Sequence record: OP455115
Direction: 5' to 3' (one strand)
DNA length: 50,158 nt
Source of the DNA: Escherichia phage LHE71
Both the position numbers and the translations under genes were made by a program. Shown in pieces: positions 16,652 to 26,030 of the stretch (position 1 is the stretch's first letter; each line of letters opens with the position of its first letter). A model generated the notes under the pieces. It was not told where the DNA came from. It saw nothing but the letters and a program-made list of their open reading frames with translations, and ran no database searches.

Positions 16652-17794
16652 TCCTGTCATTTCTGGACGATAGATGAATCGACCTATCTCACCAAATTGC
16701 TTGTCGTAAACGATTACCGCCGCCTGACGATATGAGCGCCACCCGCCGCGCGCGGCGTATGCATCCTTAGCGCCTAACTGACCGTGCACTTCATCAATAC
16801 CGAGAGAGTGCTCAGTTATTGTCTGGTGATGCCAGTGACCGCTATGAGTATACACATACTTGCTCTCACCAAAATCAGCACGGAAGTCTGCTGCCATAGC
16901 TGCCAGTCGAGTCTCTGCCTTTTTCATCGTGTGACCGTGAGTGTATCCAAGCAAGGTATTGCCCCATCGAGTCTTATGCAGAACCATAGGGCTTACGTCA
17001 ACGAATACTCGCGGCTCATCTTCATAGTATGCAGCCATTGCAGCGCGCAACCAAATCATCCCGGATTGGTCGTGATTACCTTCAACAACCTGAACTTCGA
17101 CCTCTTTGTGTTTCGTCAGCATTTTGTCGATAGCGCGACGCACCGAACGGATCGCAACATGCACCAATTTTGCGTATCGTGAATCCTGATCCAGAACGTG
17201 ACCGCTTGCCGGGGTAACAGCGTCAAGACCGTCCGAGTGAAGGAAGTCACCGCCGATTAACAGAACAGCTTTCTCTGCGTTCGGAGCAATATCGATCGCG
17301 TAGTTAAAGAAGTCATTCAGCACTTTTTCCGCTACGTCTGTAGAGTAGTTCTCTCCGCATTCATGCTTGTGAGCAAGCGCGCCAATGTGCAGATCGAACA
17401 CCGGATAGAGTGCCAGCTTACCCATCGCTGTCGTAAGTCCTTGCGAGGTTAGTAACTCAGTTGGCTTTGCTCGCGGCAGGTCTTCACAGAATGCAATACG
17501 CGCCGCTTCCATCATGGCCGCAATCTTCTCACGGTCCTGATCGGTTTTGACCCATCGCACGACCTCAGTTCCATCACCTCGAATCATCGTAGACGTGCCT
17601 TTTACCATGAATCCCTCGGGCACGTTTTTAGCAACATGCTCATTACCGTGGAAGTGACCTTCTTTTGCCAGTTTGGCGTGACGCGCTTCAACAGTGCGAA
17701 TGTGCATACCGTATTTTTCCGCGATCTCGCGAAGTGTTAGGCCGTTCATACGCTCTTCAATAAGTTGTTCGGTGGTGATTTTAGCTTGTGACAT
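16643..17794 (-). CDS. HTH-containing calcineurin-like metallophosphoesterase
   Basis: N-terminal HTH TLREIAEKYGMHIRTV; phosphoesterase motifs GDFLHSDG and GNHD. Confidence 0.65.
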   Translation of the reverse strand: MSQAKITTEQLIEERMNGLTLREIAEKYGMHIRTVEARHAKLAKEGHFHGNEHVAKNVPEGFMVKGTSTMIRGDGTEVVRWVKTDQDREKIAAMMEAARIAFCEDLPRAKPTELLTSQGLTTAMGKLALYPVFDLHIGALAHKHECGENYSTDVAEKVLNDFFNYAIDIAPNAEKAVLLIGGDFLHSDGLDAVTPASGHVLDQDSRYAKLVHVAIRSVRRAIDKMLTKHKEVEVQVVEGNHDQSGMIWLRAAMAAYYEDEPRVFVDVSPMVLHKTRWGNTLLGYTHGHTMKKAETRLAAMAADFRADFGESKYVYTHSGHWHHQTITEHSLGIDEVHGQLGAKDAYAARGGWRSYRQAAVIVYDKQFGEIGRFIYRPEMTGSH

Positions 17795-17872
17795 ATTTTA
17801 ATCCTTACATGATAATGAAATACATTACTGAAAATGAAATTAGCGGTGTTAATACTACAGCAAAATAAAGTT

Positions 17873-18274
17873 TCATGCCACAGCCTTTAACCAGAATCCT
17901 AGATCTGAAGATTTAAACTCAACGAGTTTTCCGTCAACCTCAAGCATCACACTGTTTCGGCCAGGTGAGTAGTAACCTATATGCAACTCCTGCTCAATCC
18001 CAATAGTGCAAAGCACGTTAACGAAGTCAGGAGGCAACCAGTCAGAGAAAGGAATTTTCTTAACCTGCTTTTTTCCGATCCAGATAGTCTGATAATCTTC
18101 TGCGTTAATGTTTAAGCCTGGAAGACTTACTGTTTTTTGTGGATTTTCTTTCTCGATCAATTCTCTTTCCCTCTTCACGATAAAACTCAAGTGATGGAGT
18201 TGCTGGAACTCTGTGCATTTTTCTCGGCATATCTTCCATAAATGAAATCTTTCCGTTTGAGATAATGCTAACAT
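17873..18274 (-). CDS. Hypothetical protein (start uncertain)
   Basis: 133-aa ORF overlapping 18105..18377 by 170 nt in another frame; weak SD. Confidence 0.35.
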   Translation of the reverse strand: MLALSQTERFHLWKICREKCTEFQQLHHLSFIVKRERELIEKENPQKTVSLPGLNINAEDYQTIWIGKKQVKKIPFSDWLPPDFVNVLCTIGIEQELHIGYYSPGRNSVMLEVDGKLVEFKSSDLGFWLKAVA

Positions 18275-18377
18275 CCTTTATATCGAAATATTTCGCTATT
18301 AGTGCTATATCGCCTGAGATCCCGCATTCCTTCGCGTGCTCCCAAACCTCGCGTTTACCTTGTTTTTTTATCAACAT
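18105..18377 (-). CDS. Hypothetical protein (possibly N-terminal part of a frameshifted gene)
   Basis: 90-aa ORF with ordered N-terminal half and basic low-complexity tail. Confidence 0.3.
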   Translation of the reverse strand: MLIKKQGKREVWEHAKECGISGDIALIAKYFDIKDVSIISNGKISFMEDMPRKMHRVPATPSLEFYREEGKRIDRERKSTKNSKSSRLKH

Positions 18378-18564
18378 TGGTTAATTTCTCCACGCTTTCA
18401 ATAAAATACTCAACATCTTTGACTGAGCAGCGATAGTAAGCCATTTTAAGGAAGTTCATAGCAATATCCCAATCAAAATTGCCGCCTTGCTTGTCAGTGA
18501 TATGAACAGCCATTTTTGCAGACTGCTGAGCGATATTGAAAAAGTTTGCGTTAATGCGTGCCAT
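18355..18564 (-). CDS. Hypothetical protein
   Basis: Start set at second ATG (MARINANFF), which has AGGA 9 nt upstream. Confidence 0.45.
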   Translation of the reverse strand: MARINANFFNIAQQSAKMAVHITDKQGGNFDWDIAMNFLKMAYYRCSVKDVEYFIESVEKLTNVDKKTR

Positions 18565-18624
18565 ATTCTTATTCCTCATTTCGTTTTGATGAAATAACTA
18601 TACCCGACTTTCGCCGGGTAGTTT

Positions 18625-18639
18625 TAGCAATTAGTGCTG
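18625..18639. promoter_or_regulatory. Palindromic motif of promoter module
   Basis: 22 nt from TATAGT on the minus strand. Confidence 0.45.
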
Positions 18640-18882
18640 TAAGATCGTGTCGGATTTAAGTTCTTCTACGTCTTTCTGAATGATTGAAGGCCAACGCTCG
18701 ATATATTCATTTTTTATCTCATCGAAAGACATGTCAAGAGAACTAGTGAACTCCCACAGATCGCAACCAATAACATCCTGAGTCAATCCGTTTTGCTCCA
18801 TAATTTCGCAGCACGTAGCGCGATAAAGAAGCCATAACCCTTGATCAGTTAATTTAACAGGAAACATTTTTTCGCTCATCAT
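18631..18882 (-). CDS. Hypothetical protein
   Basis: 83-aa ORF, ATGA coupled to Dam gene. Confidence 0.5.
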   Translation of the reverse strand: MMSEKMFPVKLTDQGLWLLYRATCCEIMEQNGLTQDVIGCDLWEFTSSLDMSFDEIKNEYIERWPSIIQKDVEELKSDTILQH

Positions 18883-19592
18883 ACTTTCCTCACCTTTGCT
18901 CGTTTGTTTTTAACGGAAGGACAAATGCTTGTGATTGGGATGTAGTGAGTCTGTTGCACCTCACCTTCTTTAAGCTCGCGCATAATAAAAATCACCGAAC
19001 CTTTGTTATTACCATCTACAGCCTTTCCAGTTTCACCGGATATGAAAGCCAGACGACCGGATCGTGCGTATTCATTGCCGTCAATATCCTCAGTCAAATC
19101 AGCTTCAATCCAGATGATTTCAGCCGCGTGCTGTCGAGCCTCAGTAAACCACGCCGTCGAGTTATCGGCAGGTAAAAGAATATCGATCTGGTTGTTGTGC
19201 TCCATTTGCTCAATCGCTTTCTTGACGAATATATCAGGTCGACTGTAAGGAGGATTTAACCATACGTGCTTATTTTTACCCCACCAACGTTTTAAGCAGT
19301 TTGTTTCCTGGGAATAAAACTTCTCGCAAACTTTATTTTCTTCGCTTGCCGCAGCGTCGAGATCATATTTTCCGTAGCGCCCCTCAAGGTATGCGATAAC
19401 CTCGCGTGGAGTTGACCATAAATCACGAACAACATCCGGCGTATTTGTTCCCTTGTATCGACGCCCTGAAATCTCTTTGCAGGTTGGAGTTTTCAATGCT
19501 TGATAATAACCTCCTGATGCTATTGCTTCGCGAGTGAATGAGCAACCAGTTTCTGCAAAGTCGATTGTTTCGATATCATCAAAGTCTTTCAT
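18879..19592 (-). CDS. DNA N6-adenine methyltransferase (phage Dam-like)
   Basis: Catalytic NPPY motif in WLNPPYSRPDIF; SD AAGAGGA. Confidence 0.7.
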   Translation of the reverse strand: MKDFDDIETIDFAETGCSFTREAIASGGYYQALKTPTCKEISGRRYKGTNTPDVVRDLWSTPREVIAYLEGRYGKYDLDAAASEENKVCEKFYSQETNCLKRWWGKNKHVWLNPPYSRPDIFVKKAIEQMEHNNQIDILLPADNSTAWFTEARQHAAEIIWIEADLTEDIDGNEYARSGRLAFISGETGKAVDGNNKGSVIFIMRELKEGEVQQTHYIPITSICPSVKNKRAKVRKV

Positions 19593-19647
19593 TTTTAGTC
19601 CTCTTGTTTTGGTGAGGTAATAATGCCAGATTCCATTCCGGCATGTT

Positions 19648-19662
19648 TAGCAAAAAGTGCTA
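19648..19662. promoter_or_regulatory. Palindromic motif of promoter module
   Basis: TAGCAAAAAGTGCTA; 22 nt from CATTAT on the minus strand, then leader TACCTCACCAAAACAAGAGG. Confidence 0.45.
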
Positions 19663-20079
19663 TTTCGTTAAATCGTATATTGCCAGCTTGAATTGCTCAA
19701 ATCCGTATGCAACGGCAGAGAATCCACCGCGATCTCGAACCTTTTTGAGAAACTCCCTTTGCTTATCGCTGACTGGTGATGCCTTTCCTTTGCCGGACTT
19801 ATTAACCCGCTTGAGTTCGATGGCTGCAAACGGGTAGCGTGAGTTTACACCAATCAGGATAACGAAGTCTGATACGCCTTTAAGTAATCCTGACTGCTGG
19901 TCAATCATCGCTGTAACTTTTGTTTTCTCATTTTCATTGACGCTATGCCAAGCAAGCAATTCAGGATGATTGTGCTTTAGCCACTGGAAGCTATCAATCT
20001 GATGAGCAACCTCCTTTCGAGTATCGCTGGGATCTCGTTCATAATATTCTAAATAATCACCCTTATCTACTACAGCCAT
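19660..20079 (-). CDS. VRR-NUC domain nuclease
   Basis: Start at MAVVDKGDY; PD-(D/E)XK-like D...ELK core (SDFVILIG...AAIELKRVN). Confidence 0.6.
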   Translation of the reverse strand: MAVVDKGDYLEYYERDPSDTRKEVAHQIDSFQWLKHNHPELLAWHSVNENEKTKVTAMIDQQSGLLKGVSDFVILIGVNSRYPFAAIELKRVNKSGKGKASPVSDKQREFLKKVRDRGGFSAVAYGFEQFKLAIYDLTK

Positions 20080-20080
20080 T

Positions 20081-20560
20081 TTACACCCCGTGATTTTTAT
20101 GAAAATCAAGCTCTATCTCTGCTGACTTTCTCGCCTTCACTGCATCATCAAAGCTATCCCCTTCATATAACATCTTTTTCCTCTTGTTGCTTTGTATCTG
20201 AGCTACCCATTTCCTTTTCTTTGAGTGCCAGCTTACTCCAGTAACGCCAGATTTGTTATTTGAATATGATGATTTATTTTTCATGTTAACTTGCTTAGTG
20301 ACAAGAAGAAGGTTTTCTATTATGTTGTCAGTCCTGTCGTGATTTATATGGTCTACTTCCATCCCTTCGGGTATTTTTCCGTAGTGCATCTCCCATATTA
20401 TTCTATGAGCATGATACGCTTTCTTGCGCATCATGACTTTCACGTAACCCTCATCACTTATAGTTCCAGCAAGCGTTCCAGCTTGAACTCTATTATTTCT
20501 AGTGACGAGCCAGTAAAGATTACCGTCGCTGTACTTAAGGTATTTTGACCATTCAATCAT
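20081..20560 (-). CDS. HNH homing endonuclease with AP2-like DNA-binding domain
   Basis: HNH core EVDHINHDRTDNIIENL; C-terminal GVSWHSKKRKWVAQI AP2-like segment. Confidence 0.7.
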   Translation of the reverse strand: MIEWSKYLKYSDGNLYWLVTRNNRVQAGTLAGTISDEGYVKVMMRKKAYHAHRIIWEMHYGKIPEGMEVDHINHDRTDNIIENLLLVTKQVNMKNKSSYSNNKSGVTGVSWHSKKRKWVAQIQSNKRKKMLYEGDSFDDAVKARKSAEIELDFHKNHGV

Positions 20561-22575
20561 TCCGGGATACCCTCCATACCGAAGTCTTTGCGTGAAATAA
20601 TATCTTCTTTCTTCTGGTTGCGCCTATGAGTAACGCGTACCGGATGCGCTATATGATGAGAGTATTGCACGATCTTGATGGCGTTCTTCATCCCGATAAA
20701 GTAGCGACGCATTTTAGGATCTGATACGTGAGGTAATACTCCTTTCGTTTTCCATAGCGTACCGCAAATCTTAGAGTCGGACTCAGGAAAGAATTTTTCA
20801 TACGCCTTGAACTCATCACCGTCATCATTAATAAGTGTGTATTTGTATATCACACCTTTTTGATTTTTGGTTAACGTAACTTCAAAATTCTTGACCTCGT
20901 ACCAGTCATTCTTAGTGTACGCCTTACCGGATAACTTAAGGTTAGGATCGACAAGAGAAACATCGCAACAGCGACAGACTCTGGCCACAACGTCATTCTC
21001 CGCACCACACCCTTTAACAAGGATTTTTCCTGTACGCTCATCAACCTGGTCCTCGCAAATCTGAGAAGTCCAGAAGTGATCGCAGCGCTCGCCGTCGATA
21101 ACGTTAACGCATCTGCGAGCGTAGAAGCTATTTACGCAACCACACTTCGGACACGTTTTCGGGTCTTTTCCGTTTTCAAAACGCTTTTGGAATTGTGCCT
21201 GCTCAAGTATCGGATCGAAATAAAGCTGCCCCAGTTCATCCATCGTACCTGCAAAATCCCATACCAGATGGTCTTGCTTAACCATACCCTCAGCAACCTG
21301 CCATGATTTAAGCAGTCGCATACCCCTACCTAAAAGCTGAATTAGCAAGGTGAGAGATCCTATCTTGCGAAGTATTACGCTGAAATCCCAATTTGGAACG
21401 TTAACGCCAGTAGTTAGCGCCATGACCTGAAAGGTATATTTAATTTTCCCGGCCCTCACATCGTCAAGAATTTTCTTGCGCGTTTTCGTGTCTGTATCGC
21501 CAGTAATAATTGCATAGGTGCTTCCTGGTGGTAGTGCCGCCGCCGCCTCTTTGCAGTGACGCACCCCGGCGCACGTGATTAGAACTGCGTTACGCTCTTC
21601 AGCCTTTTTGGCAACCATTTGCATGATTCGCTGAGTAAGAGATTTATCATGAAGGATCTCATCCTCCATTGCCTTCATATCTTTCTCTGCAAAGTCCTGT
21701 ACCCCATCCTCGCTTGAGGCCTTAAATTTATCAAGATCGTAGTGAACTCCGTCCGTAGAACCGAATATAGTCGGAACGACTGAGCCAAACTCAATAAGGT
21801 AGTTGGTGTCTATATCAGTAACGCGCTCACGCCAGAATCCTAACGCCTTTGGATTCTCAACAAGAATTGGAACTACGCCCCTAAATTCAGATCCAGTCAT
21901 ACCAAATATTCTAAGGTCGTGACCGTGAACCTCTTTACAGCGGCGCATCATCTCCATAATTACGATCGTGTACTGACTGCGTTTAGTTCCAAGCAAAGGT
22001 TTTCCATCATTACCAATCAGGGGAATATCTCCGTCCATGATAATTTTCCCTTTCTCGCCCCTCATCTGTTCCATCGTTTCCTTGCCTTCGATGGCTTGCG
22101 CAAGGTCTTCCCAATCTACCTGATGACATTCATCAATCCCGATTACGTGCGGGACAAAATCAGCCAACTCATTATTGAGTCCATTTGCAACAGTACCCTC
22201 AGAGCCGACCACGATCGGGAAGTAGCAAGACTTGATTCCAAGTGACGCTGAGAATATAGAGTTAGTTACGCCGAAGTTGTCGATCTCCTCACTATCCTGA
22301 TCGACAATCTCACCCTGTCGTGCCAGCACGAGCATTTTCAAGCCCATTTTTTGACACTGCTTTGCAACCATAGCAAAAATGATGGTCTTACCCGCAGACA
22401 CTGACGCTTTAACAAAGAATGGATGCTCGTAATTTGATAGGCGTTTTGCGATCTCAGCATAAGCAACAACCTGGTACGGATACGGAACGATCTCACCAAC
22501 AGTGAATCGTTCTTGAGTTCGTTTTATATAGTCCTCGCCAAGTAATGCGATTTGCTTTTTGATGTTAATTGTCAC
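20557..22575 (-). CDS. Superfamily-2 ATP-dependent helicase
   Basis: Walker A SVSAGKT, motif II DECH, C-terminal Cys cluster; GTG start with AAGGA SD. Confidence 0.75.
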   Translation of the reverse strand: MTINIKKQIALLGEDYIKRTQERFTVGEIVPYPYQVVAYAEIAKRLSNYEHPFFVKASVSAGKTIIFAMVAKQCQKMGLKMLVLARQGEIVDQDSEEIDNFGVTNSIFSASLGIKSCYFPIVVGSEGTVANGLNNELADFVPHVIGIDECHQVDWEDLAQAIEGKETMEQMRGEKGKIIMDGDIPLIGNDGKPLLGTKRSQYTIVIMEMMRRCKEVHGHDLRIFGMTGSEFRGVVPILVENPKALGFWRERVTDIDTNYLIEFGSVVPTIFGSTDGVHYDLDKFKASSEDGVQDFAEKDMKAMEDEILHDKSLTQRIMQMVAKKAEERNAVLITCAGVRHCKEAAAALPPGSTYAIITGDTDTKTRKKILDDVRAGKIKYTFQVMALTTGVNVPNWDFSVILRKIGSLTLLIQLLGRGMRLLKSWQVAEGMVKQDHLVWDFAGTMDELGQLYFDPILEQAQFQKRFENGKDPKTCPKCGCVNSFYARRCVNVIDGERCDHFWTSQICEDQVDERTGKILVKGCGAENDVVARVCRCCDVSLVDPNLKLSGKAYTKNDWYEVKNFEVTLTKNQKGVIYKYTLINDDGDEFKAYEKFFPESDSKICGTLWKTKGVLPHVSDPKMRRYFIGMKNAIKIVQYSHHIAHPVRVTHRRNQKKEDIISRKDFGMEGIPE

Positions 22576-22589
22576 GGCTATTTAATCCT

Positions 22590-22618
22590 TTGAATCGTTG
22601 TAACGTTTACGCTATAAT
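22590..22618 (+). promoter_or_regulatory. Sigma70-like promoter for the Cro-like gene
   Basis: TTGAAT, 17-nt spacer, TATAAT; flanked by inverted repeat AACGTTTAC/GTAAACGTT. Confidence 0.5.
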
Positions 22619-22641
22619 ACACGACATACAGTAAACGTTTT

Positions 22642-22656
22642 TAGCAAAAAGTGCCA
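22642..22656. promoter_or_regulatory. Palindromic motif, shared by divergent helicase and Cro-like promoters
   Basis: TAGCAAAAAGTGCCA; 22 nt from TATTAT on the minus strand; lies downstream of the plus-strand promoter. Confidence 0.45.
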
Positions 22657-22669
22657 CAGGAGAATTAAG

Positions 22670-23122
22670 ATGAATATGAAACGTATCGCAGAGTCAACTG
22701 GTGAAATCGATAAACGTCACATTAATGGTAACAACGGAACGCGACGCGGTAAAGACAAAAAGCCTCGCCAACGCTGCGGATTCTATATTCACAAAGAAGA
22801 AACACGAGCAGGACTGCGAGCGCGACTTGACGCTCTTATTGAATATTACGGCGGCCCAGCGGCTTGCGCAAAGGCTCTGAAAGTTAGCAACCAGACGGTT
22901 CAAGGGTGGAAGGATCGAAATATGATTTCCTGGCAAGGCGCTGAAGCGGCGCATCGTGCTTATCGCCGACAGGGTTGCAAAGGATTTCGGGCTGCATGGC
23001 TGCGATTCGATCTGAAGTTTGATGGGAACGGCAAGTGCCTTGAGAAGCGCTGCAAAAACAAGAAGTTTATGCGGGTCGTGAAGAAGGAAGATATTGGAAC
23101 GACAAATAGCATTTTTAGTTAA
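22670..23122 (+). CDS. Cro/YdaS-like HTH transcriptional regulator
   Basis: HTH segment YYGGPAACAKALKVSNQTVQGW; SD AGGAGA. Confidence 0.55.
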   Translation: MNMKRIAESTGEIDKRHINGNNGTRRGKDKKPRQRCGFYIHKEETRAGLRARLDALIEYYGGPAACAKALKVSNQTVQGWKDRNMISWQGAEAAHRAYRRQGCKGFRAAWLRFDLKFDGNGKCLEKRCKNKKFMRVVKKEDIGTTNSIFS

Positions 23123-23130
23123 AACAAACG

Positions 23131-23165
23131 ACGCGTAGCGGGTTAACATCCTTCTACGCGTTTTT
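23131..23165 (+). terminator. Candidate terminator
   Basis: Stem ACGCGTAG/CTACGCGT with long loop followed by TTTTTATTT. Confidence 0.35.
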
Positions 23166-23181
23166 ATTTGGAGATCTGTAA

Positions 23182-24117
23182 GTGAACGAAGAGTTTATGA
23201 TGTTTCAGAAAGAGGACGTCTTGCCGTACATGAAGGGTTTATGGCGCGAGGCGTTCCAGTCAGTCTGCGGATTGCCGAATGAGGTGTTTAATAAGAAGCA
23301 CCAACCTTGCCCTAACTGCGGAGGTAAAGACCGTTTTCGCTGGACCGACAACCTGAACACTCCAGGAGACGGCGGTGCGATCTGCAACTCATGCGGTAAC
23401 GACTCCGGGATCGGTTGGTTGATGAAATTAACTGGTATGCCGTATAGCGATTGCATAAACATCCTGGGAAGATTTCTCGGAAAAGTTCCGCAGGAATACA
23501 TCGTCAAGGCAAACAAGAAAGCGCGCCGGACTCCGGTGTCTGGTGTCAATGTCATGATGGCAGATCATGAAGCAGTGATGAAAGTCATGGAGCGCACAGT
23601 GAAGCGCGTAAAAACACCTCTAAGCATGTTTGAGTCACTACCTACTGAATCATTCGATGTTGGGGTAAAACGTCGCGAGGATGGCAGAGAGTCGGTATTT
23701 CATGCTATCCCGTGCCAACTTGTCCACGAGGACGGGCTTGATGACGAGTTTTGCAATATTTTGATTATTGATGAAGAGGGAAGAGAATCGTTTTACGCGA
23801 AGAAATATACCAGTTGCTCGGTTGCCGTGACTGGTAAAACTGAAAAAGCGATCTACTTATGCCTTAATTGGGTTGATGCTCAGCATATTGCATTTCACAC
23901 AAAGCAAGAGGTATGGGCCTGTTTCACTCCTGAAAATCTCGAAATGGTTGCGTACAGATACAAAGGGGAGCGTGAGGTAAGAGTGGCGTGCGAACCTTCA
24001 GATAAGGAGACTTTATACATGGCTGATGACCGACAATTAAAAATAATCATCCCGAATCCTGGAGGATACCGTTCAGGAATGCAAGCCAAGCTATTCTCAC
24101 CAAGCGATCTACTCTAA
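23182..24117 (+). CDS. Primase-like protein with N-terminal primase zinc ribbon
   Basis: CPNCGGKDRFRW...ICNSCGN matches the CxxCGGxDRFR primase-helicase zinc-binding pattern; GTG start. Confidence 0.6.
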   Translation: MNEEFMMFQKEDVLPYMKGLWREAFQSVCGLPNEVFNKKHQPCPNCGGKDRFRWTDNLNTPGDGGAICNSCGNDSGIGWLMKLTGMPYSDCINILGRFLGKVPQEYIVKANKKARRTPVSGVNVMMADHEAVMKVMERTVKRVKTPLSMFESLPTESFDVGVKRREDGRESVFHAIPCQLVHEDGLDDEFCNILIIDEEGRESFYAKKYTSCSVAVTGKTEKAIYLCLNWVDAQHIAFHTKQEVWACFTPENLEMVAYRYKGEREVRVACEPSDKETLYMADDRQLKIIIPNPGGYRSGMQAKLFSPSDLL

Positions 24118-24138
24118 CCGCCTTCGGGCGGTTTTTTG
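24117..24138 (+). terminator. Rho-independent terminator
   Basis: Stem ACCGCC/GGCGGT with TTCG loop then TTTTTT. Confidence 0.6.
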
Positions 24139-24145
24139 TTGCCCG

Positions 24146-24174
24146 TTGCAAGACTCATAACACAATGATAAAAT
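24146..24174 (+). promoter_or_regulatory. Sigma70-like promoter for the tail fibre gene
   Basis: TTGCAA, 17-nt spacer, TAAAAT; palindromic motif lies just downstream at 24182..24196. Confidence 0.45.
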
Positions 24175-24181
24175 CTATGTT

Positions 24182-24196
24182 TAGCAATTCGTGCTA
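24182..24196. promoter_or_regulatory. Palindromic motif in operator position of tail fibre promoter
   Basis: TAGCAATTCGTGCTA between the predicted -10 and the SD AAGGAG. Confidence 0.45.
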
Positions 24197-24217
24197 TTTA
24201 CTTAAGGAGTTTATACT

Positions 24218-26002
24218 ATGGCTTTATACAGACGCGGTACAGCATCAATGGATGCAGACGGAACGGTTCACGGAACCGATACAAAATGGAAGGATCAGCT
24301 TGCTCTGATTCGCGTAGGTGCAACTATCGTTTTCCTTGAGCAACCAATTAAGCTGGCTGTGATTAGCGATATCGTTAGCGACACCGAATTAAAGGCTATC
24401 TCTACCGACGGTCAAACGGCTGATAACGGTAAGTATGTGATCCTACTTAACGATTCACTGACTGTAAACGGCTTAGCTCAAAACGTCGCTGAGACGCTTC
24501 GATACTATCAAAGCAAAGAGACTGAGATCGCGGCAGCTATAGACCTGATAAATCAGCTTGATATGAATAAACTTGAGCAAATTGTTGCTGAGGTGAATCA
24601 GGCAAAATCTGATTCTCAATCTGCGAAAAACCAGGCTGAATTAGCGCGTGACGCAGCTAACGCCGCGCGTGATGAGACTAACTCAATCAAGAACCAGGCA
24701 CGGCAAATTGTTGACGGGGCAGTCGGTAGCATCAATGCAGCAAAAGAACAAGCGATCACAGATGTAGGCTCTAAAGAATCAGCGGCGATTACGCACATCG
24801 ACACGGAAGAGAAAGCAGCCATTAAGGCAATCAATGACGCAAAAGGAGATCTGTCAGGTTACGTTAACGACGCTCAGACGGCGGCGCAAACTGCAACCTC
24901 AGCAAAAAACGGTGCCAATTCGGCAAAAGAAGCTGCGGTTAAAGCTAAAGATGAGGCGGCGGTAAGTGCTAAAAAAGCGAAAGACGCAGCTAATAGCATT
25001 AATGCCGATAATCTTTTAACTAAGGATGGTAATCTCTCCGGTCTTGTGAACAAAAAAGAGTCTAGAAGAAATATTGGGTTAGGTGAAAATGATGCTGTTA
25101 ACTTTCTTACTATTAACACCACGGGTGCTATAGGTGCAGGAAGGAACTCATGGGACGGTTCTGGCTGGGGTAGTCAGTCCATATTGTCATCATTGATGAT
25201 TATGTCACCTGATGGAATATCCATACCAGGGATTTACGTCAGAACAGAACATGGCGATAATGGTTATGCTGGAACTTTATTATTTTATGAGAGGGCAAAC
25301 TACTTCGAGACTAACAATAGATTTAGAGCCAATCAGTTTTTATGCCAGAGAACATCTATGGGTTATAACCAGATGTGGTCTGCCTCATGCTTTCAGGGAA
25401 ATGCTTACACCGCTGATAGTGGTGTTGAAAACTATCAATCGCTTATTGCTGGATCGTGTGATACGATGGGTCAAGGGTATGTTGGCGGCGTAGCTTTTGG
25501 CATGATGACTACGGGCAATCCTGAATGGCCCAGGGCACAAATATCAGTAGGTGCTCAAGATAGGGATGGAGCAGGCAATATTGGTCTGCAAATGCATTTC
25601 AGGTTTATAGCTTCAGGGCAAATATCTTACTCTGGACCTCAAGGGGCTGGAAGTTTCCAACAGGTTCCGGCATCTGACAGAAATATAAAGCACAGCATAA
25701 AGGATGATGAATCAAGCATTGCATACAACAACATAAAATCAATGAGATTTAGGAACTTTATATTTAACGATGATGAGCAAGAAAGGGTAAGGAGAGGTGT
25801 TATAGCTCAGGAGATAGAAGAGATCGACAATCTATATGTTAAGAGAAGGGTGTATGAGAGCCACGAGCTAAACGGGCCAAAAGTTGAAAGGCTTGAGCTT
25901 GATACAACTCCTTTATTGCTTGACACTATGAGAGCTTTACAGGATACAATAAAGAAAGTTGAAGAGTTACAAGAAGAGATAAAAATGTTGAAGTCCAAAT
26001 GA
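24218..26002 (+). CDS. Tail fibre protein with C-terminal intramolecular chaperone (peptidase S74-like) domain
   Basis: 594 aa; Ala/Lys-rich coiled-coil repeats centrally; C-terminal SDRNIKH...IAQEIEEI segment resembles the autoproteolytic chaperone domain. Confidence 0.7.
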   Translation: MALYRRGTASMDADGTVHGTDTKWKDQLALIRVGATIVFLEQPIKLAVISDIVSDTELKAISTDGQTADNGKYVILLNDSLTVNGLAQNVAETLRYYQSKETEIAAAIDLINQLDMNKLEQIVAEVNQAKSDSQSAKNQAELARDAANAARDETNSIKNQARQIVDGAVGSINAAKEQAITDVGSKESAAITHIDTEEKAAIKAINDAKGDLSGYVNDAQTAAQTATSAKNGANSAKEAAVKAKDEAAVSAKKAKDAANSINADNLLTKDGNLSGLVNKKESRRNIGLGENDAVNFLTINTTGAIGAGRNSWDGSGWGSQSILSSLMIMSPDGISIPGIYVRTEHGDNGYAGTLLFYERANYFETNNRFRANQFLCQRTSMGYNQMWSASCFQGNAYTADSGVENYQSLIAGSCDTMGQGYVGGVAFGMMTTGNPEWPRAQISVGAQDRDGAGNIGLQMHFRFIASGQISYSGPQGAGSFQQVPASDRNIKHSIKDDESSIAYNNIKSMRFRNFIFNDDEQERVRRGVIAQEIEEIDNLYVKRRVYESHELNGPKVERLELDTTPLLLDTMRALQDTIKKVEELQEEIKMLKSK

Positions 26003-26004
26003 TA

Positions 26005-26030
26005 AAATCCCCGCAATGCGGGGATTTTTG
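26005..26030 (+). terminator. Rho-independent terminator
   Basis: Stem ATCCCCGC/GCGGGGAT followed by TTTTTG; between convergent genes. Confidence 0.6.
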
